From the NCBI GenBank assembly GCA_035329105.1, contig DAOLHK010000002.1, forward strand, positions 5,557 to 69,556: 64,000 nt of DNA, read 5' to 3'. Shown piece after piece: positions 56,012-64,000 of the stretch. The notes under the pieces were generated by a model. The model was given only the letters and a program-made list of their open reading frames with translations. It searched no databases and was not told where the DNA came from. The DNA comes from Candidatus Saccharimonadota bacterium. Lineage in GTDB: Bacteria > Patescibacteriota > Saccharimonadia > CAILAD01 > BJGX01. Positions within the stretch are counted from its first letter, which is position 1. Every line of letters starts with the position of its first letter. The position numbers and the translations under genes are program-made.

Positions 56012-57559
56012 CTATATCTCTAATAGCCTTACAGTGTCTGTACCACCCACTACATTAGATTGAGTACCAAAAGCTTGTACCACCCAATCCCCGTGCTTGA
56101 GTTTTTTTTGAGCTATGAGTTTCTTGATAATACCTGAGCTGACATGTTGTTTCTTGGAAACCAAATACGGCTTGCCGCCCCACACTAACGCCATTTGATT
56201 GCACACTGTTTTGTTTGGACTAGCTATGATTACCGGTACGGGTGGGCGTAGTGCTGCTATCGATAATGCAGTAGAGCCGGTGAGAGTCTCGGCGAGTATG
56301 ATTTTGGCACCAACTTGTTCGGCTAGAGTGATTGCAGCCATACTCACACTAGTCTGTGCATCTGTAGTAGCTAGTTTGCCAGCCGATATAGGCTTACCCA
56401 GCAATTTACGTGAGCTAGTCACCATCCTTTTGACTATGCCGACTTGTTGTGAATAATCTACAGGTAGTTCTGCTGAGCCCTTGCCATTTTCTGGTATAAA
56501 ATCTATCTCAAGACGATTTTGAGCATAATAGCTTTCGGTCTTAAGTATTACTCGCTTCATGAGCTGAACTGTCTGAAGAGGATACTGGCCGGCAGCTGTT
56601 TCTCCAGAGAGCATTACGCAACTCACACCCAAACTCACGGCGCTTGCAATGTCATTGACTTCGGCACGAGTGGGCTGAGGACTAGATATCATACTCTCTA
56701 GCATTTGAGTGGCCATGATGACAGGCTTCTTGTATGTACGAGCCAGCTGGATGATTTCTCTACCAATGAGTGGCACATCTTCATTGCTAGTCTCTACAGC
56801 GAGATCGCCTCTAGCTATCATGACTGCATCCGTAGCTGCAACTATCTCCTCTAGATTCTTAGTGGCTGTTCTAGTCTCTATTTTGGCAATTATCTTGGCT
56901 TGAGATTTGTTGTTAGCTAGTAATGTCCTAAGGTGCTTTATGTCGTTGGCAGTTTGCACAAAGCTAAGTGCCACATAATCCACATCATTTTGATACACAA
57001 ATTCAAGATCTGTCATGTCTTTTGGAGTCAGTATCTCCTTGGAGTCAAATACTGTGTCGGGTAGATTGATACCGTGATTGCTAGAAACTTTACCAGAATT
57101 GAGAACTTCGGCTGTTATTTGTTTGTTGGCGGTAGATATCACCCTAGATTCGATAGTGCCATCGCGCAGCATGATGCTATCGCCTTTTTTCACCAAATGA
57201 GTGAAGTCGTATTGGATAGGTAGATGTCCATCGGCACATTTATTATCAGTGCAGAATACTATCTTTTGCCCAGCCTGAAGCTCTACAGTCTTGGAGCTCA
57301 AAACACCCAATCTTATCTTGGGGCCTTGTAAGTCAGCTATTACTGCTACTGACCTATCTAGCTTCTTGGCAGCTTCTCGAGACTTCTTTATCACATTGGC
57401 ATGCCATGCGTGAGTATTGTGACTTAGATTGAGCCTTACGCCATTGACTCCAGCACCCAATAACGACTCTAGCTTCTCTTCAGAAGCTGGTCCAATAGTG
57501 GCTATTATCTTGGTGCGCTTAAAAGTAGATGCATCTGTGCTCATATATCTATGATACAT
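56012..57559 (-). CDS. pyk: pyruvate kinase
   Basis: N-terminus RTKIIATIGPASE. Full barrel plus C-terminal domain. Confidence 0.9.
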   Translation of the reverse strand: MYHRYMSTDASTFKRTKIIATIGPASEEKLESLLGAGVNGVRLNLSHNTHAWHANVIKKSREAAKKLDRSVAVIADLQGPKIRLGVLSSKTVELQAGQKIVFCTDNKCADGHLPIQYDFTHLVKKGDSIMLRDGTIESRVISTANKQITAEVLNSGKVSSNHGINLPDTVFDSKEILTPKDMTDLEFVYQNDVDYVALSFVQTANDIKHLRTLLANNKSQAKIIAKIETRTATKNLEEIVAATDAVMIARGDLAVETSNEDVPLIGREIIQLARTYKKPVIMATQMLESMISSPQPTRAEVNDIASAVSLGVSCVMLSGETAAGQYPLQTVQLMKRVILKTESYYAQNRLEIDFIPENGKGSAELPVDYSQQVGIVKRMVTSSRKLLGKPISAGKLATTDAQTSVSMAAITLAEQVGAKIILAETLTGSTALSIAALRPPVPVIIASPNKTVCNQMALVWGGKPYLVSKKQHVSSGIIKKLIAQKKLKHGDWVVQAFGTQSNVVGGTDTVRLLEI

Positions 57560-57599
57560 CAGACCACAAGCATTATTCTAGATATTGTAATATGTATTA

Positions 57600-58265
57600 T
57601 TATAGACCCACAGCGGTGGCAACAGTTTTTTCTTGTCCATCTTCAGTCTGAGCAAATATGCCTAGGTCAGTAGTCCGAGTCACAACTACTGTTTCTGTGT
57701 TATCACCGTCTACTTGCACTTCTACTCCATTGTCTACTAAGGCCGCGATATTGACGTAGAATTTCTGTCCATCCTCATCTACAAAACATATATAATCGCC
57801 ATTGGCATCTTCACCCGGTACTATACTACCGCCAAGTATAGTAATGTTCTGGCTTCCAATATCTGGAGTGTTGACCTTATTGGATTCACCATCAGTACCT
57901 TCTATCCTTTGTGGGCTTGTGCGTATGTTGACCTGAGTAGCATCGAACTGAACAGGATTTCTGAGTACTCTGAGCAATGTGCCAGGTCTGATATCTTCTA
58001 TTTCAATATTGTTTGGTTGTTCACCTGTATTGTTCTGTTGTTCTACTGGATCTATAGCGCTCTCTTTGGCATTATCATAGACCAATTTACCACCACCCAG
58101 TGCAAGTCCTGCAGCAGCCAGCAAATACAATGCTCTTCTACCTCTTGACACTTTTGGTGCTGGAGGCCTTGACCTACGAGAGTCTAGTCTTGGCTCTGTT
58201 ACTCCGTGCACTTGGATATGGTCTGGGTTTGTTGGGTCAAATCGCTCATCTGGTCTTCTTGTCAT
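57600..58265 (-). CDS. hypothetical membrane-anchored or secreted protein
   Basis: 221 aa with the signal anchor ALYLLAAAGLALGGG. Confidence 0.45.
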   Translation of the reverse strand: MTRRPDERFDPTNPDHIQVHGVTEPRLDSRRSRPPAPKVSRGRRALYLLAAAGLALGGGKLVYDNAKESAIDPVEQQNNTGEQPNNIEIEDIRPGTLLRVLRNPVQFDATQVNIRTSPQRIEGTDGESNKVNTPDIGSQNITILGGSIVPGEDANGDYICFVDEDGQKFYVNIAALVDNGVEVQVDGDNTETVVVTRTTDLGIFAQTEDGQEKTVATAVGL

Positions 58266-58279
58266 ATTACTCCTTTTTA

Positions 58280-58576
58280 TTATGCTGATAATCTGGTGCC
58301 GCCGCGGGGTCCCGGGGGAGGCTTCGGACCATCTGCTTTAGCTTCTTTTTTGGCTTTAAAATCTTCAATTGAAGTCACTTTAGCCTTTTTTTTATCACTT
58401 TCTTCCACGGTACTAACTGGTTTACCACCAGTATTTGTAGCTTGGTCATAGGGCTTTTCGTCGGTAAGATCTGGGTCAACTTTAGCCCAATCATAGGGCT
58501 TAGCGCCTGCTTCAGCCAATGTTAATCTTTCGTCATTATCCACATCTCTTGATGGTGGTCCTTCGGTTGGTGGCAT
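58280..58576 (-). CDS. hypothetical Lys/Asp/Pro-rich small protein
   Basis: 98 aa and low complexity. The 3' end is GC-rich. Confidence 0.3.
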   Translation of the reverse strand: MPPTEGPPSRDVDNDERLTLAEAGAKPYDWAKVDPDLTDEKPYDQATNTGGKPVSTVEESDKKKAKVTSIEDFKAKKEAKADGPKPPPGPRGGTRLSA

Positions 58577-58716
58577 TTTTCCCCTCTAAAGTTATTTATA
58601 ATATATACTATACAATAATTGTTATGTTGGCAGCAAGCAAATGTTGAGTAATACCTGATATTGTGATATTATGCTATCTGTTAAACGCCTACAATAGGCC
58701 AATAAACTCAGCTGAT

Positions 58717-58791
58717 GGTCCCATCGTCTAGTGGTTAGGACACCAGGTTTTCATCCTGGCAACAGGGGTTCGACTCCCCTTGGGATCACCA
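58717..58791 (+). tRNA. tRNA-Glu (anticodon TTC), CCA encoded
   Basis: Folds by hand. Acceptor GGTCCCA/TGGGATC. Anticodon loop TTTTCAT. T-loop TTCGACT. Confidence 0.9.
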
Positions 58792-58811
58792 ACTGAGTTT
58801 ATCTACGTTTT

Positions 58812-58888
58812 GGCCCCGTCGTCTAGTGGCCTAGGACATCAGGTTCTCATCCTGAAGATCGCGGGTTCGAATCCCGCCGGGGTCACCA
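58812..58888 (+). tRNA. tRNA-Glu (anticodon CTC), CCA encoded
   Basis: Acceptor GGCCCCG/CGGGGTC. Anticodon loop TTCTCAT. T-loop TTCGAAT. Confidence 0.85.
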
Positions 58889-59005
58889 ATAGGATTTATT
58901 GTTTCACATAGTTATGTCAATAACTATTGATTATTTGTTACAATTGTGCTATTATATAGCCCTTGGTCGCAACCGCGACCTTGTACCCGAATAGAAAGAG
59001 CAATC

Positions 59006-59581
59006 ATGGACCTCAAGAAAGTCCACGGCGTGAACGTCCTCCGGATGTTCATGGACTGGTTCGAAGATGAGTTTTACGAAGAGTTCTACCAGCGCTTCCC
59101 CGACAAGGGGATGACGCTCGTCGTACTCGACTCGGACAACCTCATCGATCTCCAGCAGAACTGGCGCCACCCACAGGGCTTCGAGATGATCGTCGCCCAC
59201 ATCGGCGATGAGGCGATCGCCATCGCCGCGAACGGCACCTACGAGAACGTGAAGGGCAAGTTGCGCTTCGTGCTCCGCACCGGCATGGACTCGGTGATGG
59301 CCGAGACTCGGCAGGACTTCGTGCGACCGGGCGATTTCCCGTGGGAAGGTGCTGGCGAGCACGAGGGCTACATCGGTGGTGTCTCCGGACTCGCCAAGGA
59401 AGAAGACTGGGAGATGTACTGCAAGTGCGTCGACAAGCTCATCGAGCTGCTCAAGAAGGTCATCTCCAGGGCGATGGAGCGAAGCAACCAGCTGCGCAAG
59501 CTCCCCGACTGCCCCCACGGAGCCAAGTACATGTACGCCATCGATGTGTCGGATATGTTCCCCGACTACTCCGCCGCCTGA
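59006..59581 (+). CDS. hypothetical protein encoded by a strongly GC-rich (about 60%) foreign gene
   Basis: 191 aa starting at ATG 59006 (MDLKKVHGVNVLRMFMDWFEDEF...). Third-position G/C codon bias throughout. An intrinsic terminator follows immediately. Confidence 0.6.
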   Translation: MDLKKVHGVNVLRMFMDWFEDEFYEEFYQRFPDKGMTLVVLDSDNLIDLQQNWRHPQGFEMIVAHIGDEAIAIAANGTYENVKGKLRFVLRTGMDSVMAETRQDFVRPGDFPWEGAGEHEGYIGGVSGLAKEEDWEMYCKCVDKLIELLKKVISRAMERSNQLRKLPDCPHGAKYMYAIDVSDMFPDYSAA

Positions 59582-59601
59582 TCCTCGATCCACTGGGCCT
59601 C

Positions 59602-59647
59602 GAGCCCCGACTAGAGTCCCCGACTCTGGTCGGGGCTCTTTTCGTTT
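59602..59647 (+). terminator. rho-independent terminator
   Basis: gagccccgac-N17-gtcggggctc followed by ttttcgttt. Confidence 0.7.
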
Positions 59648-59690
59648 ATCACTATTATATATATGCACATTATTTTGCTAAAATAGTCCT

Positions 59691-60299
59691 ATGACCAACA
59701 AAAACAACTATGCATTTTTAGATAAGATATTTCCTTGGGTACTTACGATAGGTGGATCTATTGGCCTACTAGTATCTTTTGTATTGACCCTAGAAAAGAT
59801 ACAATTACTTATCAAACCCGCATATGTAGCTAGTTGCAATCTCAGCCCCATACTTAGTTGTACGAGTATCATGAAGTCCACTCAAGCAGGACTGTTTGGA
59901 TTTCCCAATCCGCTGATAGGCATTGCAGGATTTGCGGTGGTCATCACTATCGGTGTAGGTATGTTAGCTGGTGCCAAATACAAGCGATGGTTCATGCTTG
60001 GACTATTGCTCGGTAGTTTGCTAGGTGTGGTGTTTGTACATTGGCTATTCTATGAGAGTGTATTTGTGATAGGTGCTTTGTGTGCTTATTGTATGGTGGT
60101 ATGGACTGTGACCATCCCGATATTTCTCTACACTACTTTGTACAATTTGAGAAATGACAATATTCGATATCCAAAACAATGCAGCAAATTTGTAGAGTTC
60201 TTGCAACGCCAACACTTCAATATATTATTCGTGTGGTATGGCATACTCTTTGCGACAATAGTCGCTAAATTCTGGAGTTATTTCAAAACTTTGATATAA
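59691..60299 (+). CDS. vitamin K epoxide reductase (VKOR) family membrane protein
   Basis: Loop cysteines SCNLSPILSC and a TM CxxC (CAYC). Four to five TM segments. Confidence 0.65.
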   Translation: MTNKNNYAFLDKIFPWVLTIGGSIGLLVSFVLTLEKIQLLIKPAYVASCNLSPILSCTSIMKSTQAGLFGFPNPLIGIAGFAVVITIGVGMLAGAKYKRWFMLGLLLGSLLGVVFVHWLFYESVFVIGALCAYCMVVWTVTIPIFLYTTLYNLRNDNIRYPKQCSKFVEFLQRQHFNILFVWYGILFATIVAKFWSYFKTLI

Positions 60300-60330
60300 T
60301 TTCCTACTCCTATCGTGCTAAAATAAATAC

Positions 60331-61530
60331 ATGAGCAAACTACTTACGCTTAAAGATATTGATGTTACTAACAAACGGGTGTTTTTGCGCGTGGATTACA
60401 ATGTAGTAGCGGATGGAAAGATTATCGATGAATTTCGAGTGCGGGCTAGTCTGCCTACTATCAATTATTTACTAGAGCAAAACTGCTCCATCATCTTGGC
60501 AAGCCACAATGGCAGACCCGATGGCAAGGTAGTAGAGAGTCTGAGCCTACGTCCAGTTGCCAAGCTATTGCCAAGACTACTAGGTAGAGATGTCATATTC
60601 TTAGATGATTGCGTTGGTGAGGATGTGCGCAAAGAAGCCGAGTACTTGCGGGCGGGAGATATTATGCTACTCGAAAACTTGCGCTTTCACCCCGAAGAAG
60701 AAAAGAACGACTCTACTTTTGCATCCCAATTGGCCGATCTTGCCGAAGTATACGTAGATGATGCTTTTGCTGCTATTCACCGTGCTCATGCCAGTACTGT
60801 TGGCGTAGCGCAATTGCTACCACACGCTGCAGGTAGATTGGTACAAATAGAATATGAGACTATCGAGATGCTTATGCACAAACCCAAGAGACCATACACT
60901 GCCGTCATTGGAGGAGCCAAGATATCTGACAAGATAGAAGTATTGGTAGAGCTGCTAAAGCATGTAGATGCACTACTGATAGGTGGCGCCATGGCCAATA
61001 CATTCTTGGCAGCACTGGGTACCAACATGCGCTCATCAAAGCTAGAAAAAAGTAGTTTTGCCGACGCCAAGAAGATCATAAGCTTGGCCAAGAAAAACAA
61101 AGTAAGATTAGTACTACCTTCTGACGTAGTAGTTGCCAAAGAAGCCAAGGCCAACCATCATGGTAGAGTCGTAGAAATCGACAAACTCAAAGCGGGAGAT
61201 ATGGCACTCGACATAGGCCCAGCTACTATGGAGATGTTTGATGCAGTATTGCAAGATAGTAAAACGATATTTTGGAATGGCACACTAGGCATTGCGGAGT
61301 TACCTGTATTTGCTGTGGCAAGCCGAGATCTGGCACACGCCATGATAAGCTCGCACGCTCAGACAATTGTTGGCGGTGGAGACACAGCGGCTTTTGTAGA
61401 TCAGCAAAACTTAGCCGAGCATTTTGGCTTTGTATCCACTGGTGGTGGTGCTAGCCTAGAACTGCTGGCTGGTAAAAAACTGCCAGGCTTAGAAATACTC
61501 AAGACCAGAGCACTCAAGATCTCAGCCTAA
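60331..61530 (+). CDS. pgk: phosphoglycerate kinase
   Basis: N-terminus KRVFLRVDYNV. Full length, 399 aa. Confidence 0.95.
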   Translation: MSKLLTLKDIDVTNKRVFLRVDYNVVADGKIIDEFRVRASLPTINYLLEQNCSIILASHNGRPDGKVVESLSLRPVAKLLPRLLGRDVIFLDDCVGEDVRKEAEYLRAGDIMLLENLRFHPEEEKNDSTFASQLADLAEVYVDDAFAAIHRAHASTVGVAQLLPHAAGRLVQIEYETIEMLMHKPKRPYTAVIGGAKISDKIEVLVELLKHVDALLIGGAMANTFLAALGTNMRSSKLEKSSFADAKKIISLAKKNKVRLVLPSDVVVAKEAKANHHGRVVEIDKLKAGDMALDIGPATMEMFDAVLQDSKTIFWNGTLGIAELPVFAVASRDLAHAMISSHAQTIVGGGDTAAFVDQQNLAEHFGFVSTGGGASLELLAGKKLPGLEILKTRALKISA

Positions 61531-61539
61531 TAGATATAT

Positions 61540-61830
61540 TTATGATTGTTGTTCTTTTAATAGTTTTAAGTTGGCTTTTACCAATTGCCATTGAGCATCA
61601 CGAAAGTATTGTGGCGTATCTCTACGGTCAATTTGTACCAGCATATCAAAAATATCTGAAAATATTTTACTATATTCATCCCCTTCATTGTATTTACCAA
61701 AGTTGGGGCTAGAAGAAGCTCTTATCATATCTGCAGATATTTTTGATTCATTCTTAGAGTTTAAATCTTTTATCAAATCTTGCCAGTATTTTATAAAGTC
61801 GTTTAGTGTTTTTAATTCTTTAGGTTTCAT
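61540..61830 (-). CDS. hypothetical small cytoplasmic protein
   Basis: 96 aa. Member of a tandem trio of small genes. Confidence 0.4.
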   Translation of the reverse strand: MKPKELKTLNDFIKYWQDLIKDLNSKNESKISADMIRASSSPNFGKYNEGDEYSKIFSDIFDMLVQIDRRDTPQYFRDAQWQLVKANLKLLKEQQS

Positions 61831-61872
61831 ATTATTTTCTTATATGGTTGCTAGTACTGAAAGTTGATTTAT

Positions 61873-62175
61873 TTATAAATACCTCGTTTGGAGAGTGTGT
61901 AGTAAGTCATCGATTTTAGCCCAATCTTCTTCTCTTTGTGTCATAGTACCATTTGGTATTTCCAGCCCTCCAGCAATGCTTATCAGATTATCAAGCTCTT
62001 TATCCTTGCAAAGATCATCACTATTTTCTAATGAGTAAATAGTTACAATTTGATAAGCAACTTTAGAATCTTGCTCTATAGAAGCGTCTGGTTTGCGACT
62101 TTTTATAAGATTAGATATAAAAGCAATTACTTCTTTTATATTTGGTGTATTTGAATTGAGAGTGTAATTTTTCAT
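61873..62175 (-). CDS. hypothetical small cytoplasmic protein
   Basis: 100 aa. Confidence 0.4.
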   Translation of the reverse strand: MKNYTLNSNTPNIKEVIAFISNLIKSRKPDASIEQDSKVAYQIVTIYSLENSDDLCKDKELDNLISIAGGLEIPNGTMTQREEDWAKIDDLLHTLQTRYL

Positions 62176-62268
62176 TTTTACATATTAGACTAGTTTCTGT
62201 TTCTTGAGTGATATTAATAACTATCAATTTTTGCACAAAACAGTGCCTATATATATTTCCTTAGCTCA

Positions 62269-62610
62269 TTATTCATATTTTTCTTTTTCTTCTTCAATCC
62301 AGGTATTCAATCTTTGCCATCTATAATCCAATTCATCATCTTCAAACCTATCTGGCAATTCAAGCTCACCAGCATCAAGCGAAATTGATTCAATTCCTGG
62401 ATTTGTATCTACCGACTTGTACCACATAGTGTCAGCAATCAAAAAGGCTGCTTCTTGTCGTGTTATAGTACCCTTGTCTGCTAGATTAATTAGTTCGGTG
62501 TAATACTCAAGAACAGAGCTGGGATCTTCGGCTAGTTGGGTTTCAGAAAATCTATCCCTTACAATTCTAGACCTTTCAATTGCACCTTGAAAGTCTTCTG
62601 TCATTATCAA
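62269..62610 (-). CDS. hypothetical small acidic protein
   Basis: 113 aa. Confidence 0.4.
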   Translation of the reverse strand: MIMTEDFQGAIERSRIVRDRFSETQLAEDPSSVLEYYTELINLADKGTITRQEAAFLIADTMWYKSVDTNPGIESISLDAGELELPDRFEDDELDYRWQRLNTWIEEEKEKYE

Positions 62611-62699
62611 TTCTCCTTTAAGATATGATTGCTGAAGAGCCAGTTTTACTACATGGCTCAGGTTATTGTTAGATCAAGTAGCGCAGGTTTGCAGCCCTG

Positions 62700-62885
62700 T
62701 TACTTGATCTGGTCAGTGGTGATCTCGCTGCCGTCCGTGTCTCGGCCGTAGACAAAGTTGCCGTCTTCATCATGGGCGATGTGCCCATGTGGAGCACCCT
62801 TGTCGGTTGAACCGAAGTAGGTATCGGTCTGTGCCTTGCCGGTGTCTTTGCTCTCACTGGAGTTGGTATTGGTAAACCATCCCAT
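62700..62885 (-). CDS. small hydrophilic protein (61 aa) in a GC-elevated patch, with a strong RBS
   Basis: AAAGGAG lies 6-7 nt before the ATG. Product MGWFTNTNSSESKDTGKAQTDTYFGSTDKGAPHGHIAHDEDGNFVYGRDTDGSEITTDQIK. A hairpin follows the stop. Confidence 0.4.
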   Translation of the reverse strand: MGWFTNTNSSESKDTGKAQTDTYFGSTDKGAPHGHIAHDEDGNFVYGRDTDGSEITTDQIK

Positions 62886-63086
62886 GGCTTTCTCCTTTCG
62901 AGTCTGCCATTTGTCAGGTCTTTGGGCTTTGGATAGGTGCATCGTGGTTAATTTGGTTTATCGTACTTGCCAAATACGAGTTTGCCAAAAAGCAAAAGCA
63001 CCTCTTAAGATATAACTTACATATCTCTCAAGGTACGGTTGCTCCAGATACTAGGAGTATAGGTTAAACACGAGTTTTTGTAAAGC

Positions 63087-64000
63087 TCAGGACTTTGAAG
63101 TAGCAGCAACCTTAGCGCCTATCTTGCGGCTTTGTGCTTCTACAGTCTTGGGTACACCGCTGATAGGTAGAGTAAATCCAAATGTACTTCCCTTGCCCTC
63201 TACACTCTCAAATATCAATTTGCCACCCTCATCTTGTACGACTCTTTTTACTAGGTATAGACCCAGCCCAGTACCATCGGGGCGGAGTTCTTTGGCGTTG
63301 TTGGCTCGAAACATCTTGGTAAAAAGTTTATTTTGTACTTTGACTGGTACACCTATACCATTGTCTTTGACGATGAAGACCACATGGTCCCCGTCTAGCT
63401 CAAAGCTTACATTTACCTCACCTCCGCCTTTTGGTGGCTGAGAGTAGTGGATGGCATTGTCTACAAGATTCATGATGACTTGTCGAGTCTTGTTTTCATC
63501 CAATCTTATCTCGGGTATCTTTTCTTTGGGCGATATATAGTTGAGCTTCACATCTTTGCTCTCGGCTATACTTTGTAGTTGAGTTATTTCTTCTGCCACT
63601 ACTTTTGTCATATCGACATCAGCTACTTCTAAGAAAAACCTGTTGGCATCCATACGACTGACATTGAGTAGATCATCGATAAGGCGTGCCATACGATTGG
63701 CACCATCCAGAGCAAGCTGCACTGGTTCTCTCTGCTCTTTGGAGAGCTTACCAAAATCACCTTCATCGAGCATACTAGCATATCCCTTGACTGTGGTGAG
63801 CGGTGTACGGAGCTGATGAGATGCCATAGATATGAATTCGTCCTTGGCTTGATCTAGTATTTTGAGTTGATCATTGGCATTCTTGAGCTGAGCGGTACGC
63901 TGACGAACTCTTTCAGCTAGGGTCTCACTGAATAGCTGTATTTCTTTATAGCTCAAGGCATTTTGCACTGCCACACTCAACTCACTACCGATGACCTCTA
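63087..64000 (-). CDS. sensor histidine kinase (HisKA plus HATPase_c); the 5' end lies beyond the window
   Basis: H-box SHQLRTPLTTVKGYASML, G1 box DNGIGVP, G2 box GTGLGLYLVKRVV. The frame stays open to position 64000. Confidence 0.8.
   Translation of the reverse strand, partial: EVIGSELSVAVQNALSYKEIQLFSETLAERVRQRTAQLKNANDQLKILDQAKDEFISMASHQLRTPLTTVKGYASMLDEGDFGKLSKEQREPVQLALDGANRMARLIDDLLNVSRMDANRFFLEVADVDMTKVVAEEITQLQSIAESKDVKLNYISPKEKIPEIRLDENKTRQVIMNLVDNAIHYSQPPKGGGEVNVSFELDGDHVVFIVKDNGIGVPVKVQNKLFTKMFRANNAKELRPDGTGLGLYLVKRVVQDEGGKLIFESVEGKGSTFGFTLPISGVPKTVEAQSRKIGAKVAATSKS

Overview
This 64 kb window is AT-rich (roughly mid-30s % GC, judged by eye) and very gene-dense, coded mostly on the minus strand. 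It looks like a reduced-genome bacterium of the Candidate Phyla Radiation / Saccharibacteria type; this is an inference from gene content. Several aminoacyl-tRNA synthetases are C-terminally truncated, and tRNAs carry an encoded CCA.

Recognisable housekeeping genes:
- leuS, short alaS, short metG
- rpsP, a KH-domain protein, and trmD
- yceD and rpmF
- rnc, nusB, a NUDIX hydrolase
- smc (short, without an obvious hinge)
- obg, pcrA/uvrD, ksgA, tgt, mnmA, an IscS-like cysteine desulfurase, tatD, ruvX, mscL, murF
- glycolysis: eno, pgk, tpiA, pyk, and ppa
- a P-type ATPase
- tRNA-Ala(GGC) and a tandem pair of tRNA-Glu

There is a notable concentration of cell-wall remodelling enzymes: a LysM-CHAP hydrolase, MltG, a transglutaminase-like protein, an RpfB-architecture resuscitation-promoting-factor-like protein, and a C39-like peptidase translationally coupled to murF.

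The main observation is compositional. At least five short patches of clearly higher GC (about 50-62% by eye) sit inside the AT-rich backbone, each with its own expression signals:
1. A very GC-rich gene with a textbook terminator, immediately 3' of the tandem tRNA-Glu pair (about 58.9-59.65 kb).
2. A GNAT acetyltransferase with a consensus sigma-70 promoter, a leader hairpin and an operator-like palindrome (about 9.29-10.3 kb).
3. An insert between a terminator and leuS carrying an AGGAGG-led 54-aa ORF and a perfect 15-bp GC hairpin (about 20.53-20.99 kb).
4. Two translationally coupled small genes with an operator-like inverted repeat and their own terminators (about 22.1-22.74 kb).
5. A small hydrophilic protein gene with a strong SD (about 62.7-62.9 kb).

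Together these look like a mosaic of horizontally acquired, possibly host-derived, accessory modules. No CRISPR array, rRNA gene or obvious transposase was seen.

All calls rest on reading the translated ORFs and the nucleotide sequence by eye. No database searches or computations were run.
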